This document shows positions 14,758 through 22,472 of a DNA stretch of 64,000 bases, piece by piece; position 1 is the first letter of the stretch; each line of letters begins with the position of its first letter. The notes under the pieces are model-generated. The model had not been told where the DNA came from. It searched no databases and was given only the letters and a program-made list of their open reading frames with translations. A program made the translations under genes and the position numbers. Source of the DNA: an uncultured Acidimicrobiaceae bacterium (lineage in GTDB: Bacteria > Actinomycetota > Acidimicrobiia > Acidimicrobiales > RAAP-2); contig CAVWFT010000003.1 in assembly GCA_963754445.1 (NCBI GenBank), positions 76,348-140,347 of the forward strand, in the 5' to 3' direction.

Positions 14758-17058
14758 ATGCGCCGTAACCCCGCCACGATCGTGGTGCCGGCCTGGAACG
14801 CCTGGGAACAGACTCAGGCCTGCCTCGAGTCACTTCGCCCAACGCTCGGTGTCCAGGACCAGGTCATCGTCGTCGACAACGGCTCTGTCGACACCACCTC
14901 CACCCGTCTGAAGCTCTTTTCCTGGGCCGAGGTGGTGACCAACCCCTCTAACCTCGGCGTGGCCGAGGCCTACAACCAGGGTGTCAGGCAGGCCCGGCAC
15001 GACATCATCGTCTTCCTCCACAACGACACCGTCGTGACCGGTCATTGGCTCGACGCCCTGCTGATGCCGTTCGAGGACTCCGCAGTGGGCGCCGTCGGAC
15101 CGCGCTCCAACTTCTGTTCGGGCCCTCAGGCGGCCGAGGGTGCGTCCTATCTCGACGACGACACCGCCGGCTTCCGCCAGTTCGCCCGCGACTGGGAACA
15201 AGCGCACCGCACGGAGATCTCCCCGATCGAGCTCCTGAGTCCGTTCTGCCTGGCCGTGCGTCGTTCGGCATTCGACCAAGTCCTCGGCTTCGACGACGAT
15301 GATGCCGCAGCCGGAATCGAAGAGGACGACCTCTGTCGCCGGCTTACCTCGAAGGGTTGGGGGTTGCGGATCGCCCATGGCTCGTTCGTGCACCACGGGG
15401 GTCACCGAACCTTCGAGGCCAACGGTGTCGACTGGTACGCGCGGCGTTCGGCGAATCGCACTCGCTTCGACGATCGCTGGGGCCCGGGTGCACCCCGTGT
15501 GCATCCGCTGATCTCGGCCTGCCTGATCGTCAAGGACGAAGAGGAGAACCTGCCCCGTTGCCTGGCGTCGCTCGAAGGCGTGGCCGACCAAATCGTCATC
15601 TACGACACCGGATCGGGTGACGACACCGTTCGCATCGCCCGGGAATCGGGAGCAACCGTGCTCGAAGGGTTTTGGGACGACGATTTCTCCCGGGCGCGCA
15701 ACACGGCGCTGGCCGCCTGCACCGGGGATTGGATCGCCTGGCTCGATGCGGACGAGGCACTGCGCTGCGAGGACGTTGACGCCCTGCGAGCCCAGCTCGC
15801 CCGGACCCGTTCCGAGGTCGACGGTTACAGCGTGGTCATCGAGAACGCCACCGGAGCCGGCGTGGGGTCGATGTTCGTCCACTCGGCCTGCCGGTTCTTC
15901 CGGCGCGCCCGCTGCGAGTGGGCCGGCCGCCTCCACGAGCAAGTAGCCGGTCGGAGAACACACCGACCTGTCTCGACGGCGGCGCTCGAGGTGACGCGCA
16001 TCCACCACACCGGCTACATGACCGAAGCGATGCACTCACGGGGCAAGGCGGAGCGCAACCTGCGGGTGGCCGAGGCTGAGGTCGAGTCGGACGACGGCTG
16101 GGACAAGGGGTTCTCGCTGACGAGCCTCGGTCGGTCGTACATGACCGCCGGCAAGCCCGAGCAGGCGTTGGAGTACTGCCGCCGCGGGGCGGAGGCGACC
16201 GAGAACATGATCACGCGCCGCTTGGCCTATCGCACGGTGGTGGACGCCCTCGCCGCCATGGGCCGTTTCGACGAGGCGCTGGTCGCCCTTGAGGACCTGC
16301 GCGGGGCCAGCGACAAAATGGTGCTCGTCCAGGTTCTCGAGGCCAATGTGCTGAGGCAACAGGGACGCCACGAGGAGGCGCTCGCCTTGCTCGAGGTGGT
16401 CGACCAGACCCAGTTCGACGACGATGGGTTCGAGTACGACGCCACGATGTTCGCCCAGCAGCGAGCCGAATCCCTGTCGGCTCTTGGTCGCTCCGGTGAA
16501 GCCGCCGACGCCCTGCTCGACGTCCTCACGGAAGACGGGGTCCTCGACTCCCACCTGGGGATCCTCGTCGAGTACCTCGACCGTGCCGGTCGTCCCCTGG
16601 ACCAGGTCGCCGTCGCCCTTCCCGAGGAGCAACTCCCGCAGTTCCTGGCCCAGGTGTTACAGCTGAGAACCGATATCGCCGACCGCGTGCTCGAGGCCTG
16701 CTTCGAGTCTCGACCGGGCGACGTCCTACCGGTGCTGGCGACCGCAGCCACGTTGGCCCGGCGCTTGCCGCTCGAACGTGCACTCCAGTGGTCGGCGCGT
16801 CTCCGGGCGTGTGGGCTCGACGCGTCATGCCCTCTCTTGTTCATCGCTACCGACCCCCAGCGCTCCCCCGTCGAGCGTGCCCGTGCCGTCGCCGCCGGCT
16901 TCAAACTGTTCGGAGACCCCAAGCTCCCCATGTGCTTCGGCGACATTCTCGGCGCAGCGACCGAGGAGCAGCGCCAGACGATCTGCGCCGAGGCAGCCGT
17001 GCTGTGTCCGGCGTTGCTCGAGGAGTCAGGTCTGGCCCTTTCGGCCGAGGTGCGCTGA
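14758..17058 (+). CDS. Tandem family-2 glycosyltransferase with C-terminal TPR repeats (flagellin glycosylation candidate)
   Basis: Two GT2 modules (IVVPAWNAWE...VVDNGSVD and ISACLIVKDEEENL...YDTGSGDDT...DADE). Then a TPR-like helical region. Confidence 0.85.
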   Translation: MRRNPATIVVPAWNAWEQTQACLESLRPTLGVQDQVIVVDNGSVDTTSTRLKLFSWAEVVTNPSNLGVAEAYNQGVRQARHDIIVFLHNDTVVTGHWLDALLMPFEDSAVGAVGPRSNFCSGPQAAEGASYLDDDTAGFRQFARDWEQAHRTEISPIELLSPFCLAVRRSAFDQVLGFDDDDAAAGIEEDDLCRRLTSKGWGLRIAHGSFVHHGGHRTFEANGVDWYARRSANRTRFDDRWGPGAPRVHPLISACLIVKDEEENLPRCLASLEGVADQIVIYDTGSGDDTVRIARESGATVLEGFWDDDFSRARNTALAACTGDWIAWLDADEALRCEDVDALRAQLARTRSEVDGYSVVIENATGAGVGSMFVHSACRFFRRARCEWAGRLHEQVAGRRTHRPVSTAALEVTRIHHTGYMTEAMHSRGKAERNLRVAEAEVESDDGWDKGFSLTSLGRSYMTAGKPEQALEYCRRGAEATENMITRRLAYRTVVDALAAMGRFDEALVALEDLRGASDKMVLVQVLEANVLRQQGRHEEALALLEVVDQTQFDDDGFEYDATMFAQQRAESLSALGRSGEAADALLDVLTEDGVLDSHLGILVEYLDRAGRPLDQVAVALPEEQLPQFLAQVLQLRTDIADRVLEACFESRPGDVLPVLATAATLARRLPLERALQWSARLRACGLDASCPLLFIATDPQRSPVERARAVAAGFKLFGDPKLPMCFGDILGAATEEQRQTICAEAAVLCPALLEESGLALSAEVR

Positions 17059-17188
17059 GGTCGTAGGGTCGACCAAGCCGCGACAGGCGGAGCGATCTCT
17101 TCGTGTCGTCGGCGAGCGACGGAGTGGCGCGCACACCGAGCTGCGCAAGCAGCATTCGTCGGGGTCACGAACCGGGCGCTGGCCCAGG

Positions 17189-19564
17189 TCAGACCGGCGA
17201 AGGGCTCCCCACCAGTCCCTGCAGCCGCCCGGCGACCACTGCCAAGACGTGATTCCAGGTGAATTCAGCCAGGATGCGTCGACGGCCCGCCTCCCCCATC
17301 CCGGAGACGACCGAGGGGTCGTCGACGACGCGGCGCATGATCCCCGCCAGGGCGTCGGCGTTCGGCTCGGCCCACCAGTACCCGATCGAAGAGGGGCCGA
17401 TCTCGGTCATCTCGACCGGTGTCTGCGCGGAGGGGACGAAGAGCGCGTTCTCCGCAGTGCAGAAATCGAGACAGGCGCCGTAGTCGGTGACGATCACCGG
17501 AAGCCCCGAGGCCATCGCCTCGGCGACGGGAAGACCGAATCCCTCGCCGCGGTACGGGTGCACCAGGACATCGCAACTGCGGTAGAGCGCGGCCATGTCG
17601 GCTTCCGTCAGGTCGTCGTCGATGAGTTCGACCTCGGCCGAGAGAGGATCGAGCGCCACGGCTCGGAGCTGGTCGTCGATGGTCGAGCCGCGGTACACGT
17701 GGCCCGATCCGAAGGCCTTGACCACGAGACAGACGTCGTCATCGGGCCCGAACGACTCGAGGTACGAGCGCAGGAGCACATCGACACCCTTGCGGGCGAT
17801 CGTGCCTCCGACGAAGAGGAATTTCGTGGCTTTCGCGGTCCGGAGCTGGTACCCGGGTCCGGTCGGGCTGAACCGATCGGTATCCACACCGTGGGGGACA
17901 ACCGCAACCGATGACTCGGGCACGCCGCTGCGGACGTAGCAATCCCTGACCCAGGACGTCGGGCACCAGACCTCGGCGACGTTGCGGCGGATCTGCGGGA
18001 TCCAGGCCGACGGGATGCCCCCGAATTCCCAGGGCTGGATGAGCACGAGCGGGGCGGATCCGGCCGACGAGAGGTCGGGTGGCCACCGATGGCGGACGAC
18101 GAGGTCGATGTCGTTCCGGTCGCGGTGAGGCGGGAATGACCGCCCGATCCGTTCGACCTCGATCGCCGAATCGACGAAGAACGGCGGCGCCTCCGACGTC
18201 ACCGGTGTGACGGCGGCCAAGCCGGCGACGGCCAGACGGCCGGCCAATGCCCGGTTCACGTGGGCCAGGCTGTGGTGCGCGTAGAAGTCCCCCTCCCAGC
18301 GGATACTGGGTACGGACGGAGATGTCATCGCCGGACCGGACGAATCGAGCGCCCGCCCGCGCTCCCCGTTGCCCACCCCCGCGGACCCAGATCCCGATAT
18401 CGCACCCGGGGATGCGGGCGAGAACACGCCCGTACGGCGCATCCCGGTCCTCTCGGCCAGGGCGTCGATGCGTTCCGCCAGGACGCCCGAGACCTGTTGC
18501 CACTGCCACTTGCGTTCGACGTCGGCCCTCGCCCGGGCGCCGATGCGTGTGCGGTATTCGGCGTCGGCCTCCAGCCGCGTCATGACTTCCACAAGATGTT
18601 CGACGGACGGCTCGGCCCACGAGTGACCCCTGTAGAAGGCGAACTCGGCCCGGCCGTCGATGGCGCGCAGGCCCTCGATATCGAGCAGGACGCTGTTCTC
18701 GTCGTCCATGAACTCGAGGTTCCCGCTCCAGCGGGTGGCCACTGTCGGCAGGCGACAGGCCATCGCCTCGATCATCGGCCGGCCCCACCCCTCACCTCGC
18801 GAGGCGCTCACATACACGTCGGCGGCAGCGTAGAGACGAGGCAGGTCGGTCAGGCTCAACGGGCGGTCGAGCACGATGATCGGAGCCACATCGCGCCGGC
18901 TCTTTCCGATCGACTCCAAGAATGCGTCGATGCGTTCGTTCGGATCGAAGCAGGAGCCCTCGTGAGGTGCTGTGCGCAACACCAACGAAGCATCGTCGTC
19001 GGGCCCGAAGGCTGCCGCCCAGGCCGAGAGGATGACGTCCCATCCCTTGCGGTACGACCACTCGAAGATGGAGAGGAACACGGTGCCGCGCACGCCGTGG
19101 ACGCGCAGGGGACGCAGCCCGGGCCTGAAGAGCGACCCGTCAACACCGCCGGGCACCACCTCGACGGGAACGCTGACGCCAGCCCTGGTGAAGGTCTCCC
19201 GGTTGAAGGAGGCGGGCACCCAGACCTCGTCCATCTGGTTGAGGCGGCCCACCCAATCGGCCGGTATCGAGTCCGTCTCGAACATCGTGCGCATGACATT
19301 TGCCTGCGCGCCCTGGACGGGCGTGGCGCAGTAACCCGGCATGTGTTGCACCGAGACGAACGGGTGGCCGAGAGGGGTCTGGACCGCCTGGTGCAAGGAG
19401 AGCAGGCGACTCGGGGCCGAGGCGGCGAGCTGATCGATGAACTCGGGCACTTCTTGTCCCCAGGCGCGTGCCGTGACGGGATGACCCCGCTTCTGCATGG
19501 CGGTGATCATCGCCCGGCCTTCGTCCCCGTAACCGCTGAAGTTGAAGATCGGGCACTGCCACAT
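17189..19564 (-). CDS. Tandem family-1/4 glycosyltransferase
   Basis: Two GT1 C-terminal signatures (EGWGRPMIEAMACRLP and EGFGLPVAEAMASGLP). Start set at ATG 19564; the upstream 113 codons of the ORF look non-coding. Confidence 0.8.
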   Translation of the reverse strand: MWQCPIFNFSGYGDEGRAMITAMQKRGHPVTARAWGQEVPEFIDQLAASAPSRLLSLHQAVQTPLGHPFVSVQHMPGYCATPVQGAQANVMRTMFETDSIPADWVGRLNQMDEVWVPASFNRETFTRAGVSVPVEVVPGGVDGSLFRPGLRPLRVHGVRGTVFLSIFEWSYRKGWDVILSAWAAAFGPDDDASLVLRTAPHEGSCFDPNERIDAFLESIGKSRRDVAPIIVLDRPLSLTDLPRLYAAADVYVSASRGEGWGRPMIEAMACRLPTVATRWSGNLEFMDDENSVLLDIEGLRAIDGRAEFAFYRGHSWAEPSVEHLVEVMTRLEADAEYRTRIGARARADVERKWQWQQVSGVLAERIDALAERTGMRRTGVFSPASPGAISGSGSAGVGNGERGRALDSSGPAMTSPSVPSIRWEGDFYAHHSLAHVNRALAGRLAVAGLAAVTPVTSEAPPFFVDSAIEVERIGRSFPPHRDRNDIDLVVRHRWPPDLSSAGSAPLVLIQPWEFGGIPSAWIPQIRRNVAEVWCPTSWVRDCYVRSGVPESSVAVVPHGVDTDRFSPTGPGYQLRTAKATKFLFVGGTIARKGVDVLLRSYLESFGPDDDVCLVVKAFGSGHVYRGSTIDDQLRAVALDPLSAEVELIDDDLTEADMAALYRSCDVLVHPYRGEGFGLPVAEAMASGLPVIVTDYGACLDFCTAENALFVPSAQTPVEMTEIGPSSIGYWWAEPNADALAGIMRRVVDDPSVVSGMGEAGRRRILAEFTWNHVLAVVAGRLQGLVGSPSPV

Positions 19565-19830
19565 CAGGGAGATCGGTGCCGCCGCGGTGGCGTGGTCCGA
19601 CGTGCGCCCACCTGCTCCGGGAGCGTGGCGATGGCCCGCGGCGCGCGGCGCGGTGACGCGACCCCCGCCGCCACGAGAGCGACTGCCGGACTTTCGACCT
19701 CCCCGCTGGGGCACGACGTTGATGGTCGTCGCGAAACCGTTCGAAATTGAGCGTTTCTTGATCAAACGACGCGGGCGGACAGGTGCGCCGACGGCTGAGC
19801 GATGCGACCAGAGTTGGTCGGGCGGCACCT

Positions 19831-19890
19831 GTGGGTCGTGCGGTGGGTCGTGCGGTGGTTCGTGCGGTGGTTCGTGCGGTTGGTCGGGCG
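19831..19890. repeat. 12-nt tandem repeat, about 5 copies of gtgg(g/t)tcgtgcg
   Basis: Units at 19831, 19843, 19855 and 19867, plus a degenerate unit at 19879 that is identical to 19813..19824. Confidence 0.85.
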
Positions 19891-19903
19891 GTCCGTCGAT
19901 CAT

Positions 19904-19940
19904 GTCCGCCGGTGACGTCCGCCGGTGACGTCCGCCGGCC
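19904..19940. repeat. 13-nt tandem repeat gtccgccggtgac, about 2.6 copies
   Basis: Read directly. Confidence 0.8.
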
Positions 19941-19975
19941 GGGAATTCCGTGTCGACTCAGGTCAGTGCCACATC

Positions 19976-20003
19976 TCAAGAATCCCTGAAGGTGGGCCGA
20001 TGT
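19976..20003 (+). promoter_or_regulatory. Sigma-28-type promoter candidate for the FkbH-like gene: TCAA-N16-GCCGATGT
   Basis: Plus strand reads TCAAGAATCCCTGAAGGTGGGCCGATGT. Confidence 0.45.
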
Positions 20004-20081
20004 CTGGTTTGAGGTGTTGCGGCCGCCCGAGCGGCAGGGCACGAGAGCAGTTGGCTCTCTCCCACCGAAGGAGGACCCCCG

Positions 20082-22367
20082 TTGCAGTACTTCGTGGCAT
20101 TCCACCAGCTCGATGTGCTCGACGGCATGGAAGGCCGGTGCGTCACGGGGCTGTACCCGCACCTGCGCCTGGTCTCCCTCCTGCCCGCCGACGTCACCGT
20201 GCACGCCGCAGCGAAGCTGCCCCCGCATCTGCGCCAACGCATCATCACGGACCCCGCACCCGAGCTCGTGCGCACCGGCCTGCACGGAGTGCTCAGCGCC
20301 GACAGCATCGAGACCCGCCAGATCCTGACCACCGTCCCGCCCGACGTCATCTTCGACTGGGGCGGCCTCAACGTGGCCTACGAGCGTTGGCTGCACACCG
20401 TCTACCTCCCACACTGCGCCACCACCGCCCTGTACAGCCCCGAGAACCTCTACCCGTCGGACTGGACGACCCAGCCGATGACGATCGACATCGTGGGCAG
20501 TTGCGAGGCCTACTTCATGGAACAGCAGGTGCAGGCGGTCGCCACCCAGCTGGGGGTGCAGATCAGCTCGTACCACACGCTGCAGAACCATCCCGTCGCC
20601 TCGGCGTCCGCCGGGGGGCCCGCCACCGCTCGACTCGTCGTGCCGCCGCTGCGCTACATGCATCCCGACACCCTGGACGACATCGTCGTGCACGCCAACC
20701 ACCTGCGACTCTTCGAGGAGTCGAGGTCCAGGTTGGTGGCGTACCTCGATTCGATCCTGGTCGGCCACGACGACACGCCACAGTTCGTCACCGGGTTCAT
20801 CGAGCCGTGCGTGAATCCGCTGGGTGTTTCCTTCCACGGCGCCGACCTGTCCAACCTCAAATACTTCGTGCGCTGCCTCAACGACGTGATCATCGAGTGG
20901 TGCGACGGTCACGCACAGACCTGGTACATCGACGCCAACGAGACCGCAGCGATGATCGGCAAGAATTACATCGACGACGGCCCCATCGCCCACTACGCGC
21001 ACCGCATCCCGTTCGACCCCTACGACGACTGGGTGGAGCGGGATGATCCGGTGGCCACGCAGCCGCTCCTGCGCAGCTTCGAGATCCGATCGTCCAACTT
21101 CTACGCCGCCGTCATCCGCGAGGTCTGCACCCGCCTGGCCATGCTCACAGGTCGTGACCAGGTCAAGGCGGTGATCGTCGACCTGGACAACACGCTCTGG
21201 CGCGGTCTCGCTTCGGACCAGGCCGTGGGATCGTGGAACGGGCGACCCCAGGGCATCGTGGAGGCGCTCAAGGTGCTCAAGAAGCGCGGTGTCCTCCTTG
21301 CCGTGGCGAGCAAGAACGACGAGGCCTACATCCGGACCCACTGGAACCGCATCCTGCATGAGTACGCGGAGGTGCCGCTGGGCTGCGCGTTGAGCCTGGA
21401 CGACTTCGACAGCGTCCGCATCGACTTCCGCCCGAAGTCGGTCACGGTGGGCGAGATCCTGGCCGAGCTGAACATCCACGCCGACGCCACCGTGTTCGTC
21501 GACGACAACCCTCTCGAGCGCGAGGAGGTCCAGGCCGCCTTTCCCGCCATGCGGGTCCTCGGCGCCGAGCTCAACTACGTGCGCCGCGAGCTCCTGTTCA
21601 GCCCCTTCACCCAGCACGCGCGACTCACTGCGGAGGACGCCACTCGTTCGGCGACCGTGCGCCAGCAGGCCTTGCTCGGCGAGCATCGCGCAGCCGGGAC
21701 GGCTGACGACTTCTTGTCCTCGCTCGGGCTGACCTGCCGGGTGACCGAAGTCGACGATCCCGCCGCGGCCGAGGCGCAACGCGCCGTGCAGCTGATCAAC
21801 AAGACGAACCAGTGGAACCTCAACGGCGGACGTCTCGGCGAGGGCGACCTGCGGCGGGCGCTGGCCGGGGGCCAACGGCTCTTCGTGGCCCACACCAAGG
21901 ACCGCTCGAACGACTACGGGCTGGTGGCGGCCGCGCTGATCGACGAGTCGGCCGAGCGGATCACGCACATGGTGGTCAGCTGCCGGGTGATCGGGATGGG
22001 CATCGACGCAGCACTGGCCCATGCCGTGCTCAGCCGGTTCGGGCCGGCACTGGCCTTCGCCTACGCCGACAGCGGGCGCAACATGGCCGTGCGCAGCTTC
22101 CTGCAGGGCCACCTGCGCCCGAACGGATCGCCCACCGACGGGGGCGGCGGCGACGATGGGGCCGGCGGCAACGGCCTCGAGGCGGGCCCGGTCGTGCTCG
22201 GCGGCGTGGACGCGCCCACGCACATCGAACTGAGCGTCGAGGCACCACGTTCGGCGCCGGAGACGGCACCGTCGGCGCGGCCGGCACCGTCGGGGGGGCC
22301 GGTCGCCGCAGCCGGCGCCGGCGTCCACGGCCGGACCGGGGACGACGCGCGTCCCGTCGCCGGCTAA
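20082..22367 (+). CDS. FkbH-like protein: unknown N-domain, HAD-IIIC phosphatase-like domain and GNAT-like C-domain
   Basis: HAD motif VIVDLDNTLW...ASKN...VDDNP. TTG start behind GAAGGAGG. Confidence 0.8.
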   Translation: MQYFVAFHQLDVLDGMEGRCVTGLYPHLRLVSLLPADVTVHAAAKLPPHLRQRIITDPAPELVRTGLHGVLSADSIETRQILTTVPPDVIFDWGGLNVAYERWLHTVYLPHCATTALYSPENLYPSDWTTQPMTIDIVGSCEAYFMEQQVQAVATQLGVQISSYHTLQNHPVASASAGGPATARLVVPPLRYMHPDTLDDIVVHANHLRLFEESRSRLVAYLDSILVGHDDTPQFVTGFIEPCVNPLGVSFHGADLSNLKYFVRCLNDVIIEWCDGHAQTWYIDANETAAMIGKNYIDDGPIAHYAHRIPFDPYDDWVERDDPVATQPLLRSFEIRSSNFYAAVIREVCTRLAMLTGRDQVKAVIVDLDNTLWRGLASDQAVGSWNGRPQGIVEALKVLKKRGVLLAVASKNDEAYIRTHWNRILHEYAEVPLGCALSLDDFDSVRIDFRPKSVTVGEILAELNIHADATVFVDDNPLEREEVQAAFPAMRVLGAELNYVRRELLFSPFTQHARLTAEDATRSATVRQQALLGEHRAAGTADDFLSSLGLTCRVTEVDDPAAAEAQRAVQLINKTNQWNLNGGRLGEGDLRRALAGGQRLFVAHTKDRSNDYGLVAAALIDESAERITHMVVSCRVIGMGIDAALAHAVLSRFGPALAFAYADSGRNMAVRSFLQGHLRPNGSPTDGGGGDDGAGGNGLEAGPVVLGGVDAPTHIELSVEAPRSAPETAPSARPAPSGGPVAAAGAGVHGRTGDDARPVAG

Positions 22368-22392
22368 AGCCCACCTCGCCCCGCGCCGATAT
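22365..22392 (+). promoter_or_regulatory. Sigma-28-type promoter candidate for flhA: TAAA-N16-GCCGATAT
   Basis: Plus strand reads TAAAGCCCACCTCGCCCCGCGCCGATAT. The TAAA overlaps the stop codon of the FkbH-like gene. Confidence 0.6.
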
Positions 22393-22426
22393 TCCGTTCG
22401 GAGGACGAGCAGCCACCGGACGGCGC

Positions 22427-22472
22427 TCACACCTCGGCCAGGGACCGGCCGACCCCTTTTGGTGAGGTGTGA
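22427..22472 (+). promoter_or_regulatory. flhA leader hairpin that pairs with the SD and start codon, with an inner GGA-loop hairpin
   Basis: UCACACCUC (22427..22435) is perfectly complementary to GAGGUGUGA (22464..22472). Inner hairpin is CGGCC-AGGGACC-GGCCG. Confidence 0.5.

Noticed and set aside
19562-19585. ACCGATCT-5 nt-ATG upstream of the GT1 gene as a fourth leaderless sigma-28 promoter
   Set aside because: The -10 match is poor (ACCGATCT) and no T(A/C)AA lies at N15-17.
19565-19903. N-terminal 113-codon extension of the GT1 gene, including a PHEPPHEPPHDPPHDP repeat
   Set aside because: Third-codon positions become AT-rich (AAA CGC TCA ATT TCG AAC GGT), unlike genuine coding DNA here. 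The repeat is just the 12-nt tandem array read in frame. The conserved GT1 body starts near ATG 19564. Kept as a possibility in the tandem-repeat finding.
19140-22430. Very long antisense ORFs: 19140..22430 (1096 aa), 22427..24346, 33566..36148, 46768..48291, 14830..16035, 24741..25964, 17739..18788 and many others
   Set aside because: Each lies opposite a gene with clear family signatures. Their products are dominated by Arg, Gly, Pro, His and Asp with no recognisable motifs. GC-rich genomes lack stop codons on the antisense strand.
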